64,000 nucleotides of DNA from Tubiluchus corallicola (lineage: Eukaryota > Animalia > Priapulida). Position 1 is the first letter of the stretch; the number at the start of each line of letters is the position of its first letter. The DNA is taken from contig JAQGDQ010000003.1 in NCBI GenBank assembly GCA_030141605.1, positions 248,001-312,000 on the forward strand. Direction: 5' to 3'. Shown here piece by piece: positions 1 through 12,599 of this stretch. The position numbers and the translations under genes are program-made. The notes below the pieces were generated by a model. The model did no database searches and was not told the origin of the DNA. It worked only from the letters and a program-made list of their open reading frames with translations.

Positions 1-260
1 ACACAAGGCGCTTCTCACAGCTTTATTACGAAATTCTTCTAACGTTTTTCGTGTGCATTGAAATAAGCCTAACTTATCAGAAAGCTTGGCCTTTCCTTTA
101 ACAGAATTCATTGACAATGTAAAGTAATGTAAAAGTTGTTGCTAAAGAAAACTGTGTTATAACACCAAGATATTCGAAAAATGACACGATTTGCAATGGC
201 TTGTTACCGTATGTTAAAACTGTTCCTTTATACAGGAAGACCTCTATTCCGAAATTTTAT

Positions 261-472
261 GGGTAGGATGACCGAATGATCTAGATTTCGGACTACAACC
301 ACGCAGTCTTGAGTTCGAATCTAGCGGCTGCAAACACCAGGGCATATATCCTACATGTTATTCGCTGTTCGTGTGTTGCGTCCTGTATTGTTGTATGTGT
401 AAGTCCCTAAATAGTTATTAATGCTAATGTCGTTTGTTAAATGAGCGATGGTAAATAAATGTTGTCTTTCTC
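261..472 (+). mobile_element. tRNA-derived SINE, copy 1
   Basis: A-box-like TGACCGAATGAT and B-box GAGTTCGAATC head followed by a ~150-bp body; a diverged reverse-complement copy lies at 2749-2939. Confidence 0.7.
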
Positions 473-1930
473 AGCACTTTTGATTTTTCCTGATTGTAAG
501 TCCTTTCAAAACACAAATCTATTGTAAGTCCTTTCTAAAGCCACAGTTCAATTATAACAACCAGCATTATTTTGTGTAAGTTGTACCGCGACATTGTTAG
601 GTCTAAATTGTCTTTTTGCGTTTTGCTGGATTTAGAATTATTACTGCGTCAGTCACGTTTCTTGCTCGTCAAGCAGCAAATTTGAGTACAAAATTGTTAG
701 TTTAGTAAATTTTACCGTTCCGTGATGAAGCCTGAAGTCTTCAAAGAGTTCACATGATTGAACTGTGGCAGGTCTTTCCAGATCCAATCATGGAAACTCG
801 GTAGCTAAAAACTGACAAAAGTGCAATAAATTGCGCTTGCAGATTTTGATTTGGTGCCCCGCCAAATGCATATTTGTACAAAACTATTTTTGTATGTTTT
901 TCACGTTTCCAAGATGCCGTCAATGATTTCGGGGGCCGATTCAGGCACTGAGCGAAAAAGAAACGATTTGAAAATGATTGCTAATGATAGGGCTAAAACA
1001 AAACAACAAACGTAGCGGTATTTCAGTGTGGAACAAGAAATAAAAAAGCAGTAAAAGACAAATGAAGAAGACAAACTTGAAACAAAATACTGCAAAGCCG
1101 GGAAGCAGGCATAAGCTACGGCTAATTTGCACTTTCAAAACGCGCCTCTTGCGATGGAGTTTGTACAAATGATGTAATGCGACCTTTTTCAACATTTTTT
1201 GTGTATATGTGCCTATTTTTGCGGCCGACCATTAGAGAGCGATATATGGTCTTACTATGGACTATATGATTATAGGGCTATTACGTGTATACGGTTACTC
1301 TAGCGTCAACCACACATTTTTGCTTAAATTTCGAAAATGCGCAAAGAAACCCAATATGACCCTAAAATACAATGCACACCATTTAACTAGCGTTTTCGTG
1401 TTATTTAAACCAACGATTTACGGTAAGCTCTTTGTTTGATAAATTATTTCAGTAAACAAGGTTGAACTAAACGTGCAAGCAATTTTGTGTGCCATTGCTT
1501 CGTAACAAAACATATGTGCTCACGATCCACGGCCATTTCGAAATCTCTCAGTCTCTAATTTATTGCGCAACAAATCAAACAAGTTAAAACATTTTTTGTC
1601 CTGATGGGATGCATGGATCAACCGTTTCCCACTATTAAAAATTTGTGTCTAAAATTAAAAACATCATCGCCATGCGTAACAAAACAGGTTAATTATCAGC
1701 GATCAACGTCGTAAATATTTTTACACATGTAACATATTGTGCTGACAGCCTGTCAGGTAGAAACCTGTAACGGAGGCTACTTTGTGGGGTGAACATAAGG
1801 AATTGATAGAAAACAGCAAAAACTTCTGGTTTCTATGCTTCCTATAATTAATCTTCTCACTACTAATGGAAGCTAGAGATGAGTCGCCGAAGTCGTACGC
1901 TTCGATCAATGCCAACTCTCGTTTAGTTAA

Positions 1931-2455
1931 AGGAAAGGCCCTGTCTTCAGAGTATTTCAATGTTCAAGAAAAATGTTAGAAGAATTTGACAAAAGAATGT
2001 GATAAGCACCTCGGGTAATTAGTGAAATCACTTTAAAGTCGCTATCATTTCAAGCTTGGGTACTCCCATTTTGAATACACATTCCTCCACTATTGACGTC
2101 GATCATTGACTGAAGAAAAGCAACGCATTGTCAATCTCTGTCTAAAGAATAAGTTTTTGCAAAAAAAAAACAGATAGCTAATTTTGAGATATTTTTGCAA
2201 GAGCATTAGATACAATTAGTTTAAGCAGCATGCGCTTACCGAAAGAAACTTGCGCTTACGAAAAGTCACGAAGTCCACCAATTACGTCGTAATTTTCTGG
2301 TGAGCAGCGAGTATCGCCGTGCCTAAAAATTTCTATATAGCGGCAGTATAAATTAACTTTATACTTTATAGACAGTTTTTTGTTACATTTTTCTAAGTTT
2401 AAGTGATAGATAGCAGTAAGGTAAACTCAACATTCTAAGTGATTTGTCCTTTCCT
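1931..2455. mobile_element. Non-autonomous DNA transposon (MITE), Kolobok-type, family A copy 1
   Basis: TTAA|AGGAAAGG ... CCTTTCCT|TTAA: terminal inverted repeats starting AG with TTAA duplications at 1927-1930 and 2456-2459; the interior is homologous in reverse orientation to 18810-19306. Confidence 0.75.
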
Positions 2456-2748
2456 TTAATTCTTATGAAGGTCGTGGTATATAAATGATGGACTATTTGC
2501 ACATTTTGATTCAAATTGCACCTCCCAAACGCGTTTGAAGATACGTACTTCTAATTCTCAGGTCAGTCACCGTCAGAGTCAACTCAAGTTTGACGTTATA
2601 AAGTTACTTACTTAGCTAAGAAGGTCGTCGTGTATATGTAAGTGATAGTTTGTTAACATTTTTGTTTTAATTTGCATCTGCTTCAATTGTTTTGTCAACG
2701 CGAATGAAGCCATTTTCCTGCGACCTGTTTATTGTTGAATAACATTTA

Positions 2749-2939
2749 AAGACAAAGACAACGTTCATTTATCGTCGCTCGTTTATGGGGCAGTACTAGC
2801 ACTAGACTATTTAACGACTTACACTTACAACAAAGCAGTTAGTGACGCAAACACGAACAACGAATTATATGTAGGGTATATTCCCTGACGTTGGCAGGCG
2901 CTAGATTCGAACTGGGGTAACCACTCGGGTATCCTCGTC
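2749..2939 (-). mobile_element. tRNA-derived SINE, copy 2
   Basis: The reverse complement reads ACCCGAGTGGTT...AGTTCGAATCTAGCGCCTGC and aligns by eye along its length to 261-472. Confidence 0.7.
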
Positions 2940-4235
2940 ATTAATGCAAGATCCGTACCGTCTCCACGGACTCTTAAAATTCATAATACGTACTTAAAAG
3001 AAATATTAAAGTGAATTAATCGCTTCTTATACTATAAATACATAAAATTAAAATCTTTATTAAAGATTTCATAGGTTATGAAATCACCAAGCAATATCTA
3101 GATGCGAATTACGTCTAAACAGACCTCAATATATTCAAAAATCGAGCTTGACAAAAATGTTTTTAAAAACTACAGTATTTTTTGTACAATGTTTAATTGT
3201 TTCATTTATAAAACTATGTACATAAATCTAATTAATTTGCAAAGTCACTCAAAATGTTTCATTCATTTGCCTTGTGTTGTTTTTAATTGGTACTTTTTAG
3301 ACTTCAAATCCGGAACAAATAAATGAATAATATAAAAATAAAAAATTAACGCGATATGTATATAATAAGTAATTATCACTTTTTTCAACATATCTGACAA
3401 TATGTTGAAAAATGTTGACAATATATAAATAACGACAGCAGCATGCTAGCAAATCTTGAAGTTTACAAACGATGTTATAATGGAACTAGATATCAGTGAA
3501 TTTGTAAATAGACTGAATAAGTTCGTCTGAGAAACTGAAGACACATCTACAGTCCATAAGTACACAAAATGCGAGATTTCTGAGCTACAGACTCTGTGCC
3601 ACTGTCGCTGTCACTGTTGCTAGTGCTCTCACTAACACCGCTTGCGCATACGTAAATATACTATTCGTTGAATTACGTCAATCCTCGTTAACTTTCAGCT
3701 GCTGACGAAGATTTTATCTAATGAAGTCTATTGAACTCAGTGGCTGTGGCTCTGGATAATGTAATACCAGCACTTTACATTCCCTATAAGATTTCAGAGC
3801 CCTTCTGCAAACGTCTGCATGTTAACAAGTTTGTAAATTTTAAGATCGGTGCACGCACAGGCTGGTACGGTCTAATTTTGTTGACTAAAAGTGCACAAGT
3901 TCTGCTGCTCTTAATTGGGACTACGTCTGAAACAGCTAAATCTATGAGTCTAAATTTCAAATGAGCTTTCTTTTAAGTATTCAGAAAAAGATCGAAAAAA
4001 ATGTGCTGAAATAATAGCCGAAATAAAACTATTTTAATGTAGAGTTCATGTTTAACTCTTGAAGGGAGGAGGCCGTAGAGGGCGCACGTACACGTATGAC
4101 AGCATTTTCGACTTTAGGGTGGGCTCCTATAAGAGAGCCTTATTCAAGGTGACAGAGTGCCGAGAATGTTTATCTAATTTGTATATAAAATTGCAGGTAT
4201 AAAGTGGATACTAATTATTGTAACCTTAATGTCTA

Positions 4236-4533
4236 GGTTATTTTAATGACGGTATAAACCCACAACGGATTCAATTCTGATGACAAAGTCGAAAGACAGG
4301 AAATATGAAAAACTTATTGTACAACCTGGATTTGAACCAGGGACCTTCTGCTTACAAAGCAAATACCGCTAGATAATAGCATCATCCAGACAATCCAACA
4401 TTCATCCTTATAGTTGGTCAAATGATTTCAGCATTTCCGAGACCGCTCACATTAGAATTATTGTAATAAATTTATTTTATTTTAATTAATTTTGAGCCTG
4501 AAATTGTGGGTTTGTACCATCATCATAAACTAA
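4236..4533. mobile_element. Small inverted-repeat element enclosing a tRNA-like segment
   Basis: ggttattttaatgacggtataaacccacaa pairs imperfectly with ttgtgggtttgtaccatcatcataaact; the minus strand at ~4325-4390 reads ggtccctggttcaaatccagg (B-box/T-arm-like). Confidence 0.4.
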
Positions 4534-5905
4534 ATACATTGTACTACTAATTTTTGCTCAGAAAGTCAAAAAAATAAACATATTATTCTTGGTATTGTCA
4601 GCGAGTCCATAAGACTGAAAAAGTAGATAGTAATATGATGTTGTTGTCTTTATTGTATTAACATTAGTACGAATGTATTTTCAGTAAAGCTATAAATCAA
4701 ATCAGGCTCGAGTGAAAAAAGTAACTGAAGTCCCAAGAAAACGTACTGAACAGTTTTTTTTGTAATGTAGGCCTAAGTAAAATCAGAGTTTAAAGGATAA
4801 ATTATGAATTGTTTGTTTTTTTTTGCAAATTCACGTTTTTCATTTAAACCGCGTGAAAATCTCCACATTTTGCATTTTTTATTTAAAACTTGGTATCATT
4901 TATAATATATTCATCTATTTTCACAACAAAACGATGTATCATAAAGCGAAGAGAAATAATATATTTAATGGATTTTTAAATGGGCTTACTTTGTTGTGTC
5001 CACCCGTTATATGCCCTACTCTAGGCTCCGGCAAGTATCAATGTGAAAATTATGTTTTTAAATTAACATTTCTTCGTGAATAAATAAAACAGCTTTTTGA
5101 ACAGAATATCCAACAGATTGCCAATAAAAATAAGTTCCTTTTTGAAAATATAAAACTTTATAGTATAACTTGTTATTACAAACAGCATTAGCAGCTAAAA
5201 TAAAAAGCAATTCTTGAATAGTTAATCAATAAGTTTTTCATAAATCACTAACTAGAAAGTGTAAGCTACTTCATTAATGTTTTTTTGCTAGCACAGTTCA
5301 AACAAACGTGCTCATTCATCTGTTATGGCAATTCGTTAAATAAGCTTCAGCAAACCATCACCTACCAGAATTTATTTGAGTAACCGTCTTCAGTATGAAT
5401 AGAGTGTATACAAAAAAGATAACGGTAGTGCTATTTTCCACACGTTTCGAGACACATTGAATAGGCCTTTATATGTATTGATTTGTTTAAATGTGTTTTA
5501 ATGCATGTCTCATACAAAAACGAATTCAACCTAATTTTTTTATTTTACAGATGAAGGTTGATGATGCTGATGATTCTAACAATGTTGTGGCTTTATGGAA
5601 GTACATCCACAAAGACAGGAATTCTTATTAATATCGCGGTTGTGATCTGAATTTTTTAACTTGATGATCGTCATTAATACAACAAAAAAGCCTGTATTCT
5701 GCTAAAAAAAATAAATGCGTGCTATGTTAATCAATATTTAAGGCTTCTGGTGCATCAAAACCTTTAACAACAAAGACAGAGATTGTACAGCAATTCTTAA
5801 AGGTGTGGCCACGATCGACATCACAGTCATCAAAATATCGATATTTCTGCTAAAAGATTAAAAAGTTTGTACTTGTCGGAAATTCTCAAAAGGACGGCCA
5901 TTACG

Positions 5906-7471
5906 ATGCACGGATTGCAGAATAATTCCAGTTTAAAGAACCTCTTCAAAAACTTAATGGAATACGACATCGATTACGGCATGATATCCGACGATGTCGC
6001 CGGCAACATATTGCTGCATCTCAATGACACTGAATTATTGGATGGGGTCGAGATGAGAGATATGCTCTTACGGGTTCGCTCTCGTCCAGAACTTGGCATT
6101 TTCATCACGGTTTATGCTCTTATTACAGTCATTTCACTGTTCGGGAACGCGTTAGTGTGCAGGGTCGTGTGGAAACAAAAGCACATCCACAATGTCACCT
6201 ACGTGTTTATTGCCAATTTGGCTATGTCAGACATTCTCATCACCCTTATCAACATTCCATTTAACATTGCTAGAAACGTTTTAGAGGAGTGGCCATTTGG
6301 CGCTTTTTTATGTCACTATGTTAACTTTAACTTGGTAACTTCTGTGTACGTGTCAACATTCACGATGCTGTGCATTTGCTTAGATAGGTATAAAATAATT
6401 CTTAACCCACTACAGGAGCGAATGACCCGGAAGGGGGCTTTTATAGCCATCTTCTGCATTTGGATTTGTTCTATATTTTTCTCTCTCCCATACGCTGTGT
6501 TTTCCAAAGAAATACAAATGTTCATATATAAACCTGTTCTTCGATGTCAGCTTGATCTGCCGAGTTACGAGCTTAAAAAATATTTAATTCTTGTTACCAC
6601 ATTGACTCAGTACGTCATTCCTCTCACTATTACAGCGGCTGCTTACATTAGAATAGCGGCGTATCTGTGGTCTTCAACTTGTCCAGGTGATCGGACAGCA
6701 GAGCAGTACGATTCACACATAAAAAGTCGTCGACGGACGATAAAAATGTTGGCCATTGTTGTGTCTGTGTTCGCTGTTTCGTGGTTTCCCTTGAATACCT
6801 ATCATATCATTTCCGTTTTCTATCCGAACAAAGAATCTGCTTTCAGTCACAATGGCACGACGTTTTTCGCCTTTCATCTGCTGGCTATGAGCAGCGTCTG
6901 CTACAATCCTTTTATTTATTGTTGGCTGAATGACGTCTTTCGCTCAGAAGCCAGGTATGTTTTTCGCTGTTGCTATCACATGTCATCAAAAGTACATCCT
7001 GGGATAGAGATGGATGGCGTATTGGTGAGAGCGGATGCAGCATCAAAGATCCGCAATGAGAAAACAAAACGTCAAAGCAGCAGAGTTACTCAGACGAGCA
7101 CAAGTAGTGGTAAGCGAAAACATCTTTCTAGTCAAAGTAGCACGAGCAGTAATTCCTGTCAGAGAACCTGTAACAGTAAAAACTGTTTAATGCGCCAAGT
7201 CACTGATTGTAGCAATAATGTTGATGCAGAACGGATTATGCTCATGTTTCAAATATCGAATCGTGATACAGAGCAGAAAGAGCAAAACCAATTGCAAGTC
7301 GTCTACTACAAAAAGAAGGGAGAAACATTGGACAGTCCACAAAATCTAAAAACACGCAATGCGTTTCCAATCGAAACAACAGTGTTTGGAGATGAAGAAT
7401 TACCAGATTACGAGGAAGACATGACAGAAATAGAAGTTAGTCGGAAAGTATCAGAAGAATATTCAGGCTGA
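5906..7471 (+). CDS. GPR83: GPR83-like class A neuropeptide GPCR (NPY/RYamide receptor-related), single coding exon, 521 aa from the first ATG
   Basis: Seven hydrophobic segments with GN (TM1), NLAMSD (TM2), WPFG-C, DRY, WFPLN (TM6), AMSSVCYNPFIYCWLN (TM7); the loop GDRTAEQY...TIKML matches GPR83 (GDVTTEQY...TIKML). The ORF track start at 5867 is TTG; the first ATG is 5906. Splice acceptor tttttttattttacag ends at 5550. Confidence 0.88.
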   Translation: MHGLQNNSSLKNLFKNLMEYDIDYGMISDDVAGNILLHLNDTELLDGVEMRDMLLRVRSRPELGIFITVYALITVISLFGNALVCRVVWKQKHIHNVTYVFIANLAMSDILITLINIPFNIARNVLEEWPFGAFLCHYVNFNLVTSVYVSTFTMLCICLDRYKIILNPLQERMTRKGAFIAIFCIWICSIFFSLPYAVFSKEIQMFIYKPVLRCQLDLPSYELKKYLILVTTLTQYVIPLTITAAAYIRIAAYLWSSTCPGDRTAEQYDSHIKSRRRTIKMLAIVVSVFAVSWFPLNTYHIISVFYPNKESAFSHNGTTFFAFHLLAMSSVCYNPFIYCWLNDVFRSEARYVFRCCYHMSSKVHPGIEMDGVLVRADAASKIRNEKTKRQSSRVTQTSTSSGKRKHLSSQSSTSSNSCQRTCNSKNCLMRQVTDCSNNVDAERIMLMFQISNRDTEQKEQNQLQVVYYKKKGETLDSPQNLKTRNAFPIETTVFGDEELPDYEEDMTEIEVSRKVSEEYSG

Positions 7472-8166
7472 TGTTCCCGTATATTTTTTTTCGGCAGCCT
7501 GTAGTCAAAAGTTTATATGAGAATGCATGAACGTGTCTAACTAACTTTAACGAAATACTGTAAATATTTAAATTATCTACCTCGAAAAACGAGATATTGA
7601 TGAGGGATAGATTTTTTCCTATCTCCTTTGATTGGAATTCGCTATGCAGGTCATTGATATAACGCCGCCCCTATAATAATGTACCGCTAATTTTTCTGAA
7701 ACGATAAATCAATCATCAATTATCAACTACTGTAATCCATAAAAACGGGTCTTATATTTTGGGAACAAAAGTACAGTTTGCATGGTACGAATGTCATTCA
7801 ATAGAAGAAGAAAATCTTGTTGCGGTCTGAATTGAAAATTGAACGTCAGTCGATTTTTGTCTTAGATTAAACATTGATATAAATATTCTATGTGCAAACT
7901 TTAGTATAGAATGTCAGCAGTAGTGTTAGTGACTGGGTGAACATAAAGCTTCGAGAGACTCAAAAAACTATATAAGCAGTTGAGCTGAAAAGTTTCAGAA
8001 CTTATATTACCAAACAGAGACAGATTTTGGTGAAAGAGTCACTGACCTTGATAATAGTTTAAGGTTAAAACCCATAGACCCAGGCTTAAGCTACAATGCT
8101 AGGATATAGTGCCATACAAAAGGCACATTTTAGTAGGAAAATTAATGACATTTAGTAAGTGAAATT

Positions 8167-10200
8167 ATAATGATTTTTACAAACAAACTTTTGGGTAACT
8201 TATATTGGATAACATGGTTTTCCAACATGTAAATAAACCAAGAGATTCATTTAACTGTCAAGTGGGTAAAGATAGCTTCTAGTATGGGGATATCTATAAC
8301 AAACTGCAGTAGAATGTCTCTTTTCAGATCCTGTTAGAATATGGTTTCTGTTATACAAAAAATCGGCCAAAATCAAGTTGGTAAATCCAAGATGGCACCC
8401 GCTGGTCTCGAAAATTACTTATACTATATCTCCTAAACCATCGAGTCTAGATGAAAACTACGTATTATTGACTGATAGGATAGTGCACCAGAGGATTCCA
8501 AAAAGGATTCCCCAGCAGCCACCACCTGGATGCCAAGGAAATGATGAAAACCGACACTGATGATAATGCAATGATAAGTCAATCTATAACTGATAATGAA
8601 TGCTGTTGCAAGTGCTGATATTGAGAAAAATTCATTTGCAATTTCCCATTTTCATCAACGAAGTAGTGATGTTCTTAATTACGCCATAATAGTATTGTTA
8701 TACACGAAAATAATAACGCTGTAAACGAAAAATGACTACGCTTCTGGAATGCTCTAGGCTCGATGGTTTAGGAGATATAACCGATTTTTCGTCCCAGCAG
8801 GCGCCATCCCAAAAGTACTAACCCCGATTTTGGCCAATTTTTTGTTGAAGGTACCTGAAACCATATTCTAACAGAATCCGAAGAAAAAATTCTATTGTAA
8901 TTTGTTATATGTTACTTGTTGTCTTTTACCGCCTGTGTTTAAGTGGCTAGTGCCATATACACAGTGTGTAAGTACAGCGGATATAAAATTATTCAAACTT
9001 TCATTGTTTCTGTACAGTATCTTTTATTAGAAAACGAGTGTTCATTGCTAGTCCTACCATACATTGAATGAAATTTTCATCTTTCCTTTTGAACAAAACA
9101 GATAATTCATTTTTACACATTATCTGCGACACGATATTAACTAATATAATGTATTCTCAAAAAACGTGTAGAAGTCTCTGCATATAATGATTTTTACAAA
9201 CAAACTTTTGGGTAACTTATATTGGATAACATGGTTTTCCAACATGTAAATAAACCAAGAGATTCATTTAACTGTCAAGTGGGTAAAGATAGCTTCTAGT
9301 ATGGGGATATCTATAACAAACTGCAGTAGAATGTCTCTTTTCAGATCCTGTTAGAATATGGTTTCTGTTATACAAAAAATCGGCCAAAATCAAGTTGGTA
9401 AATCCAAGATGGCACCCGCTGGTCTCGAAAATTACTTATACTATATCTCCTAAACCATCGAGTCTAGATGAAAACTACGTATTATTGACTGATAGGATAG
9501 TGCACCAGAGGATTCCAAAAAGGATTCCCCAGCAGCCACCACCTGGATGCCAAGGAAATGATGAAAACCGACACTGATGATAATGCAATGATAAGTCAAT
9601 CTATAACTGATAATGAATGCTGTTGCAAGTGCTGATATTGAGAAAAATTCATTTGCAATTTCCCATTTTCATCAACGAAGTAGTGATGTTCTTAATTACG
9701 CCATAATAGTATTGTTATACACGAAAATAATAACGCTGTAAACGAAAAATGACTACGCTTCTGGAATGCTCTAGGCTCGATGGTTTAGGAGATATAACCG
9801 ATTTTTCGTCCCAGCAGGCGCCATCCCAAAAGTACTAACCCCGATTTTGGCCAATTTTTTGTTGAAGGTACCTGAAACCATATTCTAACAGAATCCGAAG
9901 AAAAAATTCTATTGTAATTTGTTATATGTTACTTGTTGTCTTTTACCGCCTGTGTTTAAGTGGCTAGTGCCATATACACAGTGTGTAAGTACAGCGGATA
10001 TAAAATTATTCAAACTTTCATTGTTTCTGTACAGTATCTTTTATTAGAAAACGAGTGTTCATTGCTAGTCCTACCATACATTGAATGAAATTTTCATCTT
10101 TCCTTTTGAACAAAACAGATAATTCATTTTTACACATTATCTGCGACACGATATTAACTAATATAATGTATTCTCAAAAAACGTGTAGAAGTCTCTGCAT
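8167..10200 (+). repeat. Direct tandem duplication, 2 x 1017 bp (8167-9183, 9184-10200)
   Basis: Identical 60-aa ORFs at 8378 and 9395 (offset 1017); both copies start ataatgatttttacaaac and end gaagtctctgcat; no differences seen by eye. Confidence 0.95.
8295..8908. mobile_element. Foldback/MITE with ~155-bp imperfect terminal inverted repeats (second copy at 9312-9925)
   Basis: ctgttagaatatggtttc / gaaaccatattctaacag, ggccaaaatc / gattttggcc and tatatctcctaaaccatcgag / ctcgatggtttaggagatata are reverse complements in mirrored order. Confidence 0.75.
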
Positions 10201-11012
10201 CACATCTGACTAAACCGATGTCATACCTAATACCGAATCAATGGAAAGTCATACTTTCGTTTACACGAGATATTAGCACAGGGTAAAAGCAACTAATCGT
10301 TTTCATTCTCTTCATCTTATCCTAAAGTTTTCAAATTAAAGTGACAAGCTTCTGACTTGACTTCGCTTATTCGAGGAACCACTCGAGGAAAATCGAGATG
10401 ACTGTCATCTATTCGGCGCATATATGCATGTATACAGCGCCCTACAGGACGAATCAAAAGTCATTATGCACTTTGATTTTTAATGTTCTTTTGGAAGCTC
10501 TTACCTAAATCCAAACGATCCTTTGGCAATTCTTTTTTATTTGTTTTTTGACTGGAACCGTATTGCTATTGTGACGACAGTAACGTTTAGAAATGAGGTG
10601 CAAAATCAACCTGCATGAGATCCTTGGATCACCAACTGAGGTTCAGAGCCCCATAAGGAGCACACTGTTCTCCCACTATTAAAAATGTAGCATACTCGTA
10701 GGCTGTGGGAAACTTTCTCAATACATGTTGCCTGACTTGCCATTGGATTGGTCTCTAAGGCCCTTGAAGAAGCTAGCGCAAATAGCAAAACCTACTAGTG
10801 CAGTAGCTTTTTTCAGATTTTCGTCTAATTTGATAAAAGAATTGCCCAAGATATTACCTATTTTGAACATTTTGCTTTGTTTGTTAAAAAATATAGAAAA
10901 TGTAAAGTGTATAGTAACTTATGAGACAACCTATTTGGTAAAAATTTGAGAAAAAAACTTGCTTTCTTTCAGGCAGCACAAATGAATCCATTCACATGTA
11001 ATGTTTTATTAA

Positions 11013-11495
11013 AGGATAAGAAAACATCATTCTAAAGCTAAAAAACTCCTCTTGAAATTTTGTATCTGCTGCGTTTGATCTATAATTGTTGGTAAAACTT
11101 ATAAACTTAAAACTCCCACGCTGAGAGTTAGACGCAGCTATTTTAACGGTCAGTCTTTGAGTAAGAAATTTAAATAAGTTTAAATAGCATTGTGTAGAAT
11201 TAGAAAAAAAAGTAATCAGAGCATTCGTATGGGTAGAACTCACTAAACTAACTAGGCAAAAGTATAAATTACTTTATCTTGCTACTAAGATTCATAAAAT
11301 GTTTTTGGTGAGTCAGTAATGTTGTTTGCTGTGCACAGCTAGCGAACTAGTGACGTTATAATAGTTAGCGCAAGCATTGTAAATTATTAAGAATTTTCTT
11401 TTAAAGTTACATATGTCTTTCAACCAGCTAAACATAATATCATTTTGTGTGGAAAGGTTTTTGGGACAACCTTCAACATTCCATTTTCTTCCCCT
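11013..11495. mobile_element. Probable second Kolobok-type MITE family
   Basis: TTAA|AGGATAAGAAAA ... TTTTCTTCCCCT|TTAA, imperfect AG-starting TIRs with TTAA flanks; size (~480 bp) similar to family A. Confidence 0.4.
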
Positions 11496-12224
11496 TTAAT
11501 TTACGCTTAATTTATATAGAGAAAAATTCTTTTGCGGAAATAATTTGTTCCGATTTTTGTGAGTTACTCAAAGTGCGAAATTGCTAGATCAATCAGCGAC
11601 GAGATTTAATCATACAGATACTAATCATTGCTTCGAAATTTGATTCCAATATGGATGAGGAAGGGAGGGGGAAAGAGGGAGAAAGGGAGAGAGACACAGG
11701 TAGAGAAAGAGAGAACACAATTTGTCTCATTTATTATAAATGAATCGTTGGAATTCGAAATAAAAAAAGAAGCCATACCATTCCGACCTTCAAAAGAGCG
11801 TACTTAAAATAAGCCGTGCAAATTGTTGTGTTGCATGGATAAAATTGTTCTGCAGCACTTGGAAAACTGCGCGTCATTCACAGACGTATGAAGAAGGACA
11901 CTGTAAGGGCGGATGAACAAAGAGATTTCCAGCAAACCCTACTCAGGTGTGATTAAGGCTCATTCGTTCCTGGAACTGATGAAAAATGTGATGCAGTGAT
12001 TAATGAATGAAACGCAAATACACGGTATTTGAAATCTTTCTGCCATCAGTGATCAATTAACTAAACTTTCACAACTAAGTCTAAAACAAGTCACTGCAAA
12101 AAGTGAAAATTTTAGTTTGACATTCTGCAAAAAGCAATTCGGCATGGTGACAGTTCTTATTTAATTTGTGACCGAAACGCGATGAAATATGACGCATGCT
12201 GGTTCCTGTCCCTCTCTTCTGTTC

Positions 12225-12551
12225 GTTCTCCTTTTTTCATCTCCCTTTCTTTCTCTTCTTATCTCATTGTTCTCCTTTTCTTCCGATATTTATCTCATTT
12301 TCCGCTCTCCACCTTTCCCTTTCTCACACACATGCACACGCACATGCACACACACACACGCACGCACGCGCGCACACGCACACACACAAACACACACCTC
12401 GTTCTCCTTTTTTCCTCTCCCTTTCTTTCTCTTCTTATCTCATTGTTCTCCTTTTCTTCCGATATTTATCTCATTTTCCACTCTCCACCTTTCCCTTTCT
12501 TACACACATGCACGTGCACACGCACGCACGCGCGCACGCACACCACACACA

Positions 12552-12598
<47 letters not shown>
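12225..12598 (+). repeat. ~176-bp tandem duplication of a polypyrimidine block plus (CA)n/(CACG)n microsatellite
   Basis: gttctcctttttt...ccctttct(c/t)acacacatgcac repeats at 12225 and 12401 and ends in a (CA)n run. Confidence 0.85.

Positions 12599-12599
<1 letters not shown>

Noticed and set aside
747-764. AGTTCA-N6-TGAACT inverted half-site pair
   Set aside because: Non-standard spacing, isolated and far from CYP26; compatible with chance.
4100-4200. GPR83 promoter and first non-coding exon (cctataag, caggtata)
   Set aside because: The motifs are too short and weak to support without TSS data.
5867-5905. N-terminal extension of the GPCR given by the ORF track
   Set aside because: It starts at TTG; the eukaryotic start is most likely ATG 5906.
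8378-9577. Duplicated 60-aa ORF as a small gene pair
   Set aside because: TTG start, lies inside a foldback element and is duplicated only because of the 1017-bp repeat.
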